Of a stretch of DNA of 64,000 bases, positions 24,326-33,360 are shown one piece after another. Location of the stretch: contig JACQNC010000006.1 in assembly GCA_016203225.1 (NCBI GenBank), forward strand, positions 72,552-136,551, read 5' to 3'. The position numbers and the translations under genes were made by a program. Position 1 is the first letter of the stretch. Every line of letters begins with the position of its first letter. This DNA comes from Candidatus Woesearchaeota archaeon. Its GTDB lineage: Archaea > Nanobdellota > Nanobdellia > Woesearchaeales > ARS49. Below the pieces are notes generated by a model that saw only the letters and a list, made by a program, of their open reading frames with translations, made no database searches and was not told the origin of the DNA.

Positions 24326-26596
24326 ATGGTCGAGGGAAAGCCCTGCGGCAGTTATGACATCATCCGCGAGGGCGATGAGGTAATCCTGCGCATTGACTGC
24401 GAGCAGTGCGCGTTCTTCCCCAGTCTCGAGGACAATCCCCGTGTGATGGCCATGGCCATCGACTACCTCTCGGAAGTCGGCAACGTCACCAAGATCGTGT
24501 TCGTCCAGAAGCGCGACTACGAGTACGACTACACGCAGGTACTGCTTCTGGCAGATATCGCGAACGTGGTCAAGCGCCTGAGCCAGAACCGGCTCGCCTA
24601 TGGCATCCTGACAGATGCGGGAAGAAGGTTCGTGGACGCCAAGTACGCGGAAGTCCAGGACGTGCTCGGACGGCTGCTCAAAAGCGACCCTCTGGGCGCG
24701 TACGTGGAACTGGTCCGCATACTCCGCAGGGAAGACGTCCTTCTGCGCGAGGGAGGCTTGCCGCAGGAAGGCCAGACCGCGTTGCAGAAGCTCATCAGGA
24801 TGATCCGGGACATCCTTGACCTTCTAGACAACACCAAGCTCCTCAAGGTCACGAAGAACCAGCTGGCCGGCTACAAGGTCGGCGACCGCGATGTCTACCG
24901 TCGACTTTTCACGCCGAACATCAAGCCAGACTTCATGTTCACCAAACTCCAAGCGAGCTTCCCTCCCGAAGGCGAGGAACTCGCGAGCTACGAGGTCAAC
25001 GGAACCGAAGTCACCATATTCAGCATCCCTGGAAGCGTCCAGTACCTATACCACATCGTGCCGCCGGAGTTCAAGCTCAGCGAGGAGAAATACGAGCTTC
25101 TCGACGCTGCCAGGAAGATCATGGCCGAGCACAAGCCCAAACGCTCCGAATTCGTAGACCCTGAGCGCATGCGCGATGTCTTCACCAGCATCGGCTCGGA
25201 CCTGGTCGACGAGTTGGCAAGCTATCGTGGCATGCGGTTGCGCGACAAGGAACGCGACGAGCTCGTCCAGATACTCGTAAGGTACACAGTAGGATTCGGA
25301 CTGATCGAGGTGCTTCTGCAGGACGAACGCGTGCAGGACATCAGCATCAACAGCCCCATGGGCAGAATCCCGATGTTCATCGTGCACCAGGATTTCGGGG
25401 ACTGCATCACCAACATCATCCCCACCATCCCCGAAGCGGAAAGCTGGGCGTCCAAGCTGCGCTTGATATCCGGCAGGCCGTTGGACGAAGCCAATCCCAT
25501 CCTCGACACGGAACTCGTGCTGCCCGGAGCCCGGGCGAGGATCGCGGCCATCTCGGCCCCACTGAACCCTACAGGCATCGCGTACAGTTTCAGAAGACAC
25601 CGCGACAAGCCATGGACCCTAGCATTGTTCATCGGCAACGGCATGCTCTCACCACTCGCGGCGGGAGTGCTGAGCTTCTTGATCGACGGCGCGCGCACCA
25701 TGCTCGTGGCCGGCACGCGAAGCTCGGGAAAGACGTCCTTGCTAGGCAGCATGATGGTCGAGATCATGCGCCGCATCAGGGTCATCACAATCGAGGACAC
25801 GCTCGAACTCCCGGTCCAAGCGCTGAAGGACCTAAACTACAACATCCAAAGCATGAAAGTCGCGTCGGCATTGACACGGGGAACCACTGAGGTCTCGGCC
25901 GATGAAGGCATCCGTACGACCCTGCGTCTAGGTGACTCAAGCCTGATCGTGGGAGAAGTGCGCTCGACCGAGGCGAAAGCGCTCTACGAAGCCATGCGCG
26001 TCGGAGCGCTCGCGAACACCGTGGCCGGCACGATCCACGGAGACAGCCCCTACGGCGTGTTCGACCGCGTCGTGAACGATCTCGGCGTGCCCCGCACGAG
26101 CTTCAAGGCCACGGACATCATCGTCGTGGCCAATCCGGTGCGCTCGCCGGACGGATTACACCGTTTCAGACGGGTCACGCAGATCACAGAAGTGCGCAAG
26201 CACTGGGAAGAAGACCCTCTCCGCGAAGGTGGCTTCGTGGACCTGTTCAAGTACGATCCGGTGACAGACGTGCTCCAGCCCACGAGCGACCTGCTGAACG
26301 GCGACAGCGAGATCCTCAAGAGCATCGCGGGCAACGTCAGGGAATGGGCGGGCAATTGGGATGCGGTCTGGGACAACATCAACCTCCGTGCAAGGGTCAA
26401 GCAGGCCATAGTCGACACGTCGAAACGCCTCAACAGGCCCGACATCCTCGAGGCACCTTTCAACATCGCGAGCAACGACTCATTCCACCGCATCTCGGAA
26501 CAGGTCCGCGAAGACCTAGGCAAGCTCGACAGCGAACAGATATTCTTCGCATGGAATGAGTGGTTCCAGCGCGAGCTCAAACGCCAGGAGGAGTGA
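24326..26596 (+). CDS. type II/IV secretion-family ATPase (FlaI/PilB/GspE-like) with an N-terminal extension of about 330 aa
   Basis: Walker A GTRSSGKTSLLG, Walker B-like VITIEDTLEL, and a His box region (AGTIHGDSP). GGTGA lies 5 nt upstream of the ATG. Confidence 0.85.
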   Translation: MVEGKPCGSYDIIREGDEVILRIDCEQCAFFPSLEDNPRVMAMAIDYLSEVGNVTKIVFVQKRDYEYDYTQVLLLADIANVVKRLSQNRLAYGILTDAGRRFVDAKYAEVQDVLGRLLKSDPLGAYVELVRILRREDVLLREGGLPQEGQTALQKLIRMIRDILDLLDNTKLLKVTKNQLAGYKVGDRDVYRRLFTPNIKPDFMFTKLQASFPPEGEELASYEVNGTEVTIFSIPGSVQYLYHIVPPEFKLSEEKYELLDAARKIMAEHKPKRSEFVDPERMRDVFTSIGSDLVDELASYRGMRLRDKERDELVQILVRYTVGFGLIEVLLQDERVQDISINSPMGRIPMFIVHQDFGDCITNIIPTIPEAESWASKLRLISGRPLDEANPILDTELVLPGARARIAAISAPLNPTGIAYSFRRHRDKPWTLALFIGNGMLSPLAAGVLSFLIDGARTMLVAGTRSSGKTSLLGSMMVEIMRRIRVITIEDTLELPVQALKDLNYNIQSMKVASALTRGTTEVSADEGIRTTLRLGDSSLIVGEVRSTEAKALYEAMRVGALANTVAGTIHGDSPYGVFDRVVNDLGVPRTSFKATDIIVVANPVRSPDGLHRFRRVTQITEVRKHWEEDPLREGGFVDLFKYDPVTDVLQPTSDLLNGDSEILKSIAGNVREWAGNWDAVWDNINLRARVKQAIVDTSKRLNRPDILEAPFNIASNDSFHRISEQVREDLGKLDSEQIFFAWNEWFQRELKRQEE

Positions 26597-28767
26597 TGGA
26601 AGACGACCTCATGCGCAAGTACCGCGAGCGCCTTGAACAAGAGCTCGGCGGGCTCCCGAGCACGCATGCGCACGACGTGATGTCTCGAGAATACCAGGAA
26701 TTCCGCAAGGAATCCCTGCCAGCGCACGTAACGCTCTACGAACGAACATGCAATGGCGCGGAACGGTTGCTAAAGGTAAAGGTACCTCCTGACAAAGCCG
26801 CCGCGATGCAGGAACATCTCAACATCGCGCACCTGCAAGTCACTCCCTCCGGCGTGCTGGCGCTCTCGTACATCCTGCCTTTGTTCGTGATCGTGTTCGG
26901 CAGCATTTCCAGCATCGTGCTCTTCAACTCTGCCTTCTTCGCGTTCTTCTTCGTGCTCGTCGGGCTAATACTGATCATACTACTGCAGCGCTTCCCGCAA
27001 TACTTGGCGAACAACTGGCGTCTAAAGGCCAGCAACCAGATGGTGCTGTCAGTCTTCTACGTCGTAACGTACATGCGCCACACGAGCAACCTCGAGAACG
27101 CGATAGGGTTCGCCGCAGAACACCTCGCGCCGCCTCTGTCCCTGGACCTGAAGAAGGTCCTATGGGACGTCGAGACCGAGAAGTTCGAGAACATCAAGGA
27201 AAGCCTGGACGTCTATCTGGAGACGTGGCGCAAGTGGAACAACGAATTCATCGAAGCGTTCCATCTCATCGAGAGCAGCCTGTTCGAGACCGAAGAGAAA
27301 CGCCGCTTGGAACTACTGGACAAGTCTCTCGACGTCATCCTGCAGGAGACATACGAGAAGATGCTGCACTACGCGCACAACCTCAAGAGCCCTATCACGA
27401 CCCTGCACATGCTCGGAATCATCCTTCCCGTGCTGGGGCTGGTGATCCTCCCGCTCGTCGTGAGCTTCATCGGCGGCGTAAAGTGGTACCACCTCGCGAT
27501 GCTCTACAACGTGTTCCTGCCGGTGATCGTCTACTATCTCGGAAGGAACATCCTCTCCACGCGACCCACGGGCTACGGTGACACCGACATCGCAGAGGTC
27601 AATCCGGGGCTCAAGAAGTACCGGAACGTGCTGTTCAAGATAGGGAGATCAGAAGTGAGCGTTAACCCGCTGATCTTCAGCATCATCCTCGGGGCGATCC
27701 TGTTCCTGATCGCGTTACTGCCCCCCATCCTGCATGCCACCAGCCCTGAAACCGTCGACGCGTTAGACAACCAGACATCCAAGGCATTCGGGTTCAAGCT
27801 CTTCGATTATCGCGTGACTGCGAACGTTGATCCGGCGTTGTCGCCCCCGCCAGGAACCATCATCGGGCCATACGGAATGCTGGCGAGCGTGCTCTCGCTC
27901 CTCATCCCGCTAGCGGCAGCATTCGGCATAGGACTCTACGCGCGCCTGCGGAGCAAGAACGTCATCAAGATCCGCGAGAACTCCAAGAAGCTCGAGGACG
28001 AGTTCGCCGCCGCCCTGTTCCAGCTCGGCAACAGGCTTGCCGACGGCATCCCCGCCGAGGCCGCATTCGGGCGTGTCGCGGACATGATGCCTGACACCAT
28101 CTCGGGACAATTCTTCAATCTCGTCAGCACCAACATCCGCAAGCTCGGGATGGGGCTCCGCGACGCGCTGTTCAACCCGCGCACGGGCGCGCTGGCGTTC
28201 TATCCGAGCGCTATCATCGAAAGCTCCATGAAGGTCCTGATCGAGAGCATCCGCAAAGGCCCATTGATCGCGGCGCAGGCGCTGACGAACGTCTCCCGCT
28301 ACATCAAGGAGATCCACGCAGTGAACGAACGACTCCGCGACCTGATGGCAGAGATAATCTCTGACATGAAATCACAGATCGCGTTCCTGACGCCCGCCAT
28401 CTCTGGAATCGTGATCGGCATCACGAGCATGATCACGACCATCATGGGAGCGTTGAGCGGCCAGGTGAGCAAGCTCGGCGAGCAAGGCGCGGGCCAGGTC
28501 AGCACGATCGCTAACCTGTTCGGTGACAGCATCCCGACGTACTACTTCCAGATCGTGGTCGGAGTGTACGTCGTGCAGATCATCTACATCCTAACCGTGA
28601 TCGCGAACTCCATAGAGAACGGCGCCGACAAGCTCGGCGAGCGTTACGCCATTGGTCAGAACGTGATAAGAAGCACACTGCTTTATTGCGTGATCGCGCT
28701 GATCGTGATGGTCATCTTCAACTTCATCGCGATAAGGATAATGACTGCTACGCTGAGTGGAAGTTAA
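26596..28767 (+). CDS. polytopic membrane platform protein (FlaJ/TadC/PilC-like)
   Basis: Start trimmed to MEDDLMRKY, giving a TGATG overlap with the ATPase stop and GGAGG upstream. 723 aa with two blocks of TM helices separated by soluble helical regions. It occupies the canonical position after the ATPase. Confidence 0.7.
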   Translation: MEDDLMRKYRERLEQELGGLPSTHAHDVMSREYQEFRKESLPAHVTLYERTCNGAERLLKVKVPPDKAAAMQEHLNIAHLQVTPSGVLALSYILPLFVIVFGSISSIVLFNSAFFAFFFVLVGLILIILLQRFPQYLANNWRLKASNQMVLSVFYVVTYMRHTSNLENAIGFAAEHLAPPLSLDLKKVLWDVETEKFENIKESLDVYLETWRKWNNEFIEAFHLIESSLFETEEKRRLELLDKSLDVILQETYEKMLHYAHNLKSPITTLHMLGIILPVLGLVILPLVVSFIGGVKWYHLAMLYNVFLPVIVYYLGRNILSTRPTGYGDTDIAEVNPGLKKYRNVLFKIGRSEVSVNPLIFSIILGAILFLIALLPPILHATSPETVDALDNQTSKAFGFKLFDYRVTANVDPALSPPPGTIIGPYGMLASVLSLLIPLAAAFGIGLYARLRSKNVIKIRENSKKLEDEFAAALFQLGNRLADGIPAEAAFGRVADMMPDTISGQFFNLVSTNIRKLGMGLRDALFNPRTGALAFYPSAIIESSMKVLIESIRKGPLIAAQALTNVSRYIKEIHAVNERLRDLMAEIISDMKSQIAFLTPAISGIVIGITSMITTIMGALSGQVSKLGEQGAGQVSTIANLFGDSIPTYYFQIVVGVYVVQIIYILTVIANSIENGADKLGERYAIGQNVIRSTLLYCVIALIVMVIFNFIAIRIMTATLSGS

Positions 28768-28770
28768 GAA

Positions 28771-28844
28771 TGGGCGGAGAGAGATTTGAACTCTCGACCC
28801 CGCGGTCTTCAGCCGCGTGCTCTCCCAGTCTGAGCTACCCGCCC
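28771..28844 (-). tRNA. tRNA-Phe (anticodon GAA)
   Basis: Acceptor GGGCGGG/TCCGCCC, D-arm GCTC-AGACTGGGA-GAGC, anticodon stem CGCGG/CCGCG with loop CTGAAGA, T-arm GAGAG-TTCAAAT-CTCTC. A TATA-like box cttttaaag lies about 25 nt upstream. Confidence 0.9.
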
Positions 28845-28885
28845 GGGAATACGTCGGAAAACAAGAAGGGTCTTTAAAAGGGTTT

Positions 28886-29158
28886 CTAATGGACGAAATG
28901 AACCAGCGTCTCAGGAATGCCCGCCTCTTTCAAATCGCGTTTCGCCTGCGCTTCAGTGAGCTTGTGGTTGTGCAGGTAGATATCCTTGCTGCCCGTTGTC
29001 CAGTTCCAGCCTTTCTTCTCTAGCTTCGGGAGCGCTTCCGCCAGCTGGTACATGCGCTGTTTGAGCTGGTCGCCGAGATTCTTCAGGCTCGTCGTGGCTT
29101 CACCCAAGCCGAGCTCGTGCTCTGCGTCCTCAAGGAGCGCGATGAAGACATCAACCAT
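28886..29158 (-). CDS. hypothetical small protein (90 aa)
   Basis: Translationally coupled to the SSB gene (TGATG). Helical; no family recognised. Confidence 0.5.
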   Translation of the reverse strand: MVDVFIALLEDAEHELGLGEATTSLKNLGDQLKQRMYQLAEALPKLEKKGWNWTTGSKDIYLHNHKLTEAQAKRDLKEAGIPETLVHFVH

Positions 29159-29571
29159 CAGACGTCTTCCTCCTCGACGTCGGCCTCACCGTATTCGTCC
29201 TCGAGCTCGTCGCTTTCAAGCTCCTCGCTCATCTCCTTTATGTCCTCGTCGGGCTTCGCAGGCATCAACGGCGCGGTGCTGGCCTTGCCGACCACCTCTA
29301 GCGTGCCGAACTTGCCTGTGCTCACCTGCAACGTGCCCTTGTACTCGTCGGCGTAGCCATTAGAGATGTGGATCTTGTCGCCCACGTTGACCTGGTCGCA
29401 TTGCTCGTTCCATAGCGTGAGTTTGCATTCGCCGGTCGCGTCACGGATCTGCGCGTTGCCGACCTTCCCTGACTTGCCGAATTTGTCGAACGTGCGCGGC
29501 TCATCCTTCGAAATCAAGTCTGCGACGATATCGACTTTCCCCAACTTAGGTTTCAGTTCTTTTATGTTCAT
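29158..29571 (-). CDS. single-OB-fold ssDNA-binding protein with an acidic C-terminal tail
   Basis: 137 aa. The OB-like core is GKVGNAQIRDATGECKLTLWNEQ...ISNGYADEYKGTLQVS. The tail EELESDELEDEYGEADVEEEDV resembles that of short archaeal SSBs. Confidence 0.7.
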   Translation of the reverse strand: MNIKELKPKLGKVDIVADLISKDEPRTFDKFGKSGKVGNAQIRDATGECKLTLWNEQCDQVNVGDKIHISNGYADEYKGTLQVSTGKFGTLEVVGKASTAPLMPAKPDEDIKEMSEELESDELEDEYGEADVEEEDV

Positions 29572-29582
29572 GGCGTATCCCC

Positions 29583-31127
29583 CTATTCTTTGGCGCTCGG
29601 CTCGTAAGGCGTGCCTGCCTTGTGGAAGGGCAGTTCGCGCCCGAGCAGCTTGCGCAACGTGTCCTTTAGCTCCGCGAGCTTGACGCGGACCTGCTTGGTG
29701 CTATCCCGGTCGCGGACCGTGACGTCGTTGTGCTTCAATGAATCGAAATCGATCGTGACGCTGTACGGCGTGCCCATCTCATCCATGCGCGCGTAGCGTC
29801 GGCCGATGCTGCCGCTCTTGTCGTACAATGCAGGGAAGTCCTGTCTCAGTACCTGGAAGACTTCGCGCGCTTTCGTGAGCAGTTCGTCGCGGTTGCTGAG
29901 TAGCGGAAAGACTCCGATCTTGAACGGCGCGAGACGTTGGTGCAGCTTGAGCACTACGTTGCCGCGCTGCTTGTCCTCGTGATACGCGTTGAACAGGAAC
30001 ACGAGGAACGCGCGGTCGACTCCCTGTGATGGCTCGGCGACGACGTGCGGGATGACCTTCTGTTTGGTGTCCTCGTCGAATAGGCTCAGGTCCTTGCCGG
30101 AATGCTTCATGTGCTGCTTGAGATCGTAATCGGTGCGGTTGGCCATGCCTTGGAGCTCTTTCCAGCCGAACGGGAACTCGTATTCGAGGTCCCACGTGTC
30201 GAGCGCGTAGTGCGATTTCTCGTCTGAAACGTGCTGCCGGATGCGGAACTTCGTCGCGTCAGCGCCGAGCGAGACGAACCATTGATGCTCCATTGCCAGC
30301 CAGTACGCGTGCCAGGCGGTCGTGATGATCCTCTTGTCCAGGCATTCCTTGATCGACAATTCCTGGTGCGGCTGTTTCTTGGTCTGCATCTCTGCGCTGA
30401 AGACGAATAGCTTGTGGTTGAGTACATCCTTTAGATACGGGCAATCGTCCAGCTTGGATGGATGGATGAAGTATTCGATCTCCATCTGTTCGAACTCGCG
30501 GCACCTGAACAGGAAGTTCCTTGGCGCGATCTCGTTCCTGAACGAGCGGCCCATCTGCGCGATGCCGAACGGCAGCTTCAGGCGCGCGGTCTCGACGATG
30601 CTCTTGAAATCGACGAAGATGTTCTGTGCGGTCTCGGGACGCAGGAACGCGCGCGCCTCCTGGGTCTGGAGCGGACCGATGAAAGTCTGGAACATCATGT
30701 TGAACGGTTTCGCATCCGAAAATTCACCCTTGCACTTGAGGCAGCGGATGTGGTTCTCCTTGATGAGCTTCGTGAGGTCCTCTGGCTTCAATCCTGCAGC
30801 ATGGATGTTGAGCAACTCCTCGACGACCTGGTCCGCACGGTAGCGTTCCTTGCACTTCATGCACTCTACCATGATGTCATCGAAGTTCGCCAAGTGACCC
30901 GAGGCTTCCCAGACCTTCGGGTGCAGGATGATGCTGCCATCGATGCCCACGACGTCCTCGCGGTCGTGCACGTGGTACTTCCACCACGCGTCCTTGAGGT
31001 TCTTCTTGATCTCGGAGCCGAGAGGACCGTAGTCGAAGAATCCCGCGAGACCCCCATAGATCTCGCTGCTCGGGAAGATGATGCCCTTCCGCTTGCAGAA
31101 GGCGGCCATCTCGTCAATCGTGACCAT
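29583..31127 (-). CDS. glyS: glycyl-tRNA synthetase (archaeal/eukaryal alpha2 type)
   Basis: Trimmed to MVTIDEMAAFCKRKGIIFPSSEIYGGLAGFFDYGPLG. The remaining class II motifs follow downstream. Confidence 0.9.
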   Translation of the reverse strand: MVTIDEMAAFCKRKGIIFPSSEIYGGLAGFFDYGPLGSEIKKNLKDAWWKYHVHDREDVVGIDGSIILHPKVWEASGHLANFDDIMVECMKCKERYRADQVVEELLNIHAAGLKPEDLTKLIKENHIRCLKCKGEFSDAKPFNMMFQTFIGPLQTQEARAFLRPETAQNIFVDFKSIVETARLKLPFGIAQMGRSFRNEIAPRNFLFRCREFEQMEIEYFIHPSKLDDCPYLKDVLNHKLFVFSAEMQTKKQPHQELSIKECLDKRIITTAWHAYWLAMEHQWFVSLGADATKFRIRQHVSDEKSHYALDTWDLEYEFPFGWKELQGMANRTDYDLKQHMKHSGKDLSLFDEDTKQKVIPHVVAEPSQGVDRAFLVFLFNAYHEDKQRGNVVLKLHQRLAPFKIGVFPLLSNRDELLTKAREVFQVLRQDFPALYDKSGSIGRRYARMDEMGTPYSVTIDFDSLKHNDVTVRDRDSTKQVRVKLAELKDTLRKLLGRELPFHKAGTPYEPSAKE

Positions 31128-31167
31128 ACCTGACTCCCACGGAACCGTCTTTAAAAAGGTTTTGCGG

Positions 31168-31377
31168 CTATCCGAGATACTGCCCGAACCGGTCGCGGGC
31201 GGGAAAACCGTCCTCGTCCACGTAGACATTGCGCCTGCGGTCGTACCGCAAGCCGTGCGCGCGAGCGGCTTCCCGGTTCTGGATGTTGCTAGGTGGCAGG
31301 TCCGGGTCGAACGCGGGCTTCGCGTCCTTGACTTCCGTCTCGAGCTTCGATTCTGGTGTTTCGGGTTCGTCGATCAT
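31168..31377 (-). CDS. possible small protein (69 aa)
   Basis: Trimmed to MIDEPETPE, giving an ATGA overlap with the RFC stop. No family recognised. Confidence 0.4.
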   Translation of the reverse strand: MIDEPETPESKLETEVKDAKPAFDPDLPPSNIQNREAARAHGLRYDRRRNVYVDEDGFPARDRFGQYLG

Positions 31378-32579
31378 TTTGCCAGCCACTCCACTTCCTC
31401 CTGATCCAAGTCGGCCTGATCCGCGATCTTCGCCGCAGACGGATGCTTCGCCTTGAACAGGACCTGGATGAACGGCAACTCCTTGATGGTCCGTTTCGCC
31501 GATGAATGCGTCTGCTGCGCGAGCTTCTCGGCGATGGCCTTGCGCTTGTTGTACTTCATGTTGGCCTGCCAGATCTTGAGCAGACGCATCGTGGGGCCGA
31601 ACTTGTTGAAGCCGGCGTACTTCTGGTCCTTCGCCACCGCGACGCCGGCCGAAAGAAGCGTGTTGACGTACACCAAGAAATGCCAGTGCTGGCGTCTTCG
31701 AATACGGCCGCGGTAGACGTCCGCCTTCGCGAGCGCGTCATAGGCGCGCGCGAGGTCCTTCGGATTCGTGTATTCCTTCGGCAGGTTCTCGTCCACCCAG
31801 AGGAACGCACCATCGAGGTCCTCGTTGACGTTGTCGAACGCGGCGACGGCGACAGCAGGATCCGAGTTCTTCAGCACCTTCGTGAGCGCCTGCAGCATGC
31901 TCTCTTCCTTGTCGCGCTCTCCCAACTGCTCTAACTGGTCTTTCGTGAGCTTCTTGGTCTCGCCTGCGAGCGTCTGGAGGTCGTTGATGGCCGCCCGGAT
32001 GTCGCCGCCGACACGCCGTGCGAGCGTCTTGAGCGAAAGCTCGTCGTAATCGATCCCCTCTTTCACACAGATTTCCTTCAGGATCGATGTGATCCGGAGA
32101 TGATCGACAGGCCCGAACTCGATCAATTGACACTTGCTCCTGAGACCCGAAAGCTTCTGGTCCCAAGGATCATTGGCGGTCAGAACGATCGGGAATCTGG
32201 TGTCCGCGATCACAGCGGCGATCGCGCCAGGTCCGCCACGGTCATCGCGGCCCGACAAAGCGTCCACTTCATCGACAAGAATGACCTTCCCCCTTGAGAA
32301 CAGGCTCATCTGCTGGGACGCGATACCGACCTTGCTCTGCACGCCGTCGGCGTTGCGGACGTCAGAGGCGTTGACTTCGAGGATCTCGAGCCCGAGCTCA
32401 TTGGCCAACGCGTGCACCGCGGTCGTCTTGCCGGTTCCCGAAGGTCCGTACAGGAACACGGCCTTCTTTTTCTGCTTCTTGAAGCTAGTGAGAAACTCGC
32501 GCACCTGCGCGATGCCGTCTTGGGGGACGTCTTTGGCTGTCGGAAGGTACTTTCTGATCCAGGGCGTCGCCATCGTCAT
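31374..32579 (-). CDS. rfcL: replication factor C large subunit
   Basis: PWIRKYLP N-terminus, Walker A GPSGTGKTT, Walker B ILVDEVD, and AAA+ clamp-loader length and layout. Confidence 0.75.
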   Translation of the reverse strand: MTMATPWIRKYLPTAKDVPQDGIAQVREFLTSFKKQKKKAVFLYGPSGTGKTTAVHALANELGLEILEVNASDVRNADGVQSKVGIASQQMSLFSRGKVILVDEVDALSGRDDRGGPGAIAAVIADTRFPIVLTANDPWDQKLSGLRSKCQLIEFGPVDHLRITSILKEICVKEGIDYDELSLKTLARRVGGDIRAAINDLQTLAGETKKLTKDQLEQLGERDKEESMLQALTKVLKNSDPAVAVAAFDNVNEDLDGAFLWVDENLPKEYTNPKDLARAYDALAKADVYRGRIRRRQHWHFLVYVNTLLSAGVAVAKDQKYAGFNKFGPTMRLLKIWQANMKYNKRKAIAEKLAQQTHSSAKRTIKELPFIQVLFKAKHPSAAKIADQADLDQEEVEWLAK

Positions 32580-32890
32580 TCCCTGTGAAGAACCATGTTG
32601 ACCCGATAGATCGCGCCCAACCCGACAGAGAGCCCGGGAAGATCCTGATTCGCGCCCACTCCTGAAACGAGCGTGACTCCCTGATCATCAACTTTAGAAA
32701 CGTATCCTGCGCACCGCGGTCCCGGTTCATTCCTAGGATCCGCGGGGACCGCGTAATGGCGATTACCCGCCGCATCGCGAGGGCCTAGCTCCGCGTTCGC
32801 GATCAGGACAAGCTCCACCAGGCTTCCTTTCTCGAGCACCTGACGTAAAGGAGAATCACCCTGCATTTCCATTGACACCACCATCCACAC
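32576..32890 (-). CDS. hypothetical protein (104 aa), first cistron upstream of rfcL
   Basis: ATGA overlap with the rfcL start. A TATA-like box at 32901-32916 lies just upstream. No family recognised. Confidence 0.45.
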   Translation of the reverse strand: MWMVVSMEMQGDSPLRQVLEKGSLVELVLIANAELGPRDAAGNRHYAVPADPRNEPGPRCAGYVSKVDDQGVTLVSGVGANQDLPGLSVGLGAIYRVNMVLHRE

Positions 32891-32967
32891 AACTAAATAG
32901 CGCGTTAATAAACATTTAGGAAGTCCAGCACAAAACCTTTTTAAATAAACCTCAGACTGGTTAGCGC

Positions 32968-33360
32968 ATGAAACCCGTCGATGTCGTGCTCAAAAGGGCT
33001 GAAGTGCTGAACTTCGACGGCCGCACCGGAATCGTCGAGTTCCGTGTCATAATCAACGACGGCAAGGACAAGGCTATCCAGCGCAACCAGGTCATCGAGG
33101 ATTGCACCGCGCTCGCAAACGACATATTCCAGGAAGTGCGCAAGAAGATGAAGGCTTTGCATTCCACTCTCGACCTAGATGACGACCCGTTGGCGAGCAT
33201 CGTGATGGTGCGCATCGCGGGCGACGAGGAAGTCATAATCGAGCGACTGGCGAAATTCTTCGCGAGCGTGAAAGAGAAGATGCGCAACGCCAAGATGAAG
33301 AAGCTGAGCTATCTCGACATGGAACGCCAAATCAAGGGACTCTCGACGGACCTAACATGA
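32968..33360 (+). CDS. hypothetical protein (130 aa) coupled to valS
   Basis: ATGA overlap with valS. A TATA-like box ctttttaaata lies about 25 nt upstream. Confidence 0.5.
   Translation: MKPVDVVLKRAEVLNFDGRTGIVEFRVIINDGKDKAIQRNQVIEDCTALANDIFQEVRKKMKALHSTLDLDDDPLASIVMVRIAGDEEVIIERLAKFFASVKEKMRNAKMKKLSYLDMERQIKGLSTDLT

Noticed and set aside
24326-25320. MshEN-type c-di-GMP-binding motif in the long N-terminal extension of the pilus ATPase
   Set aside because: The 24-residue RLGxx[LVI][LVI]xxG[LVI][LVI]xxxxLxxxLxxQ pattern is not present in residues 1-330, so no link to the GGDEF protein can be claimed from sequence.
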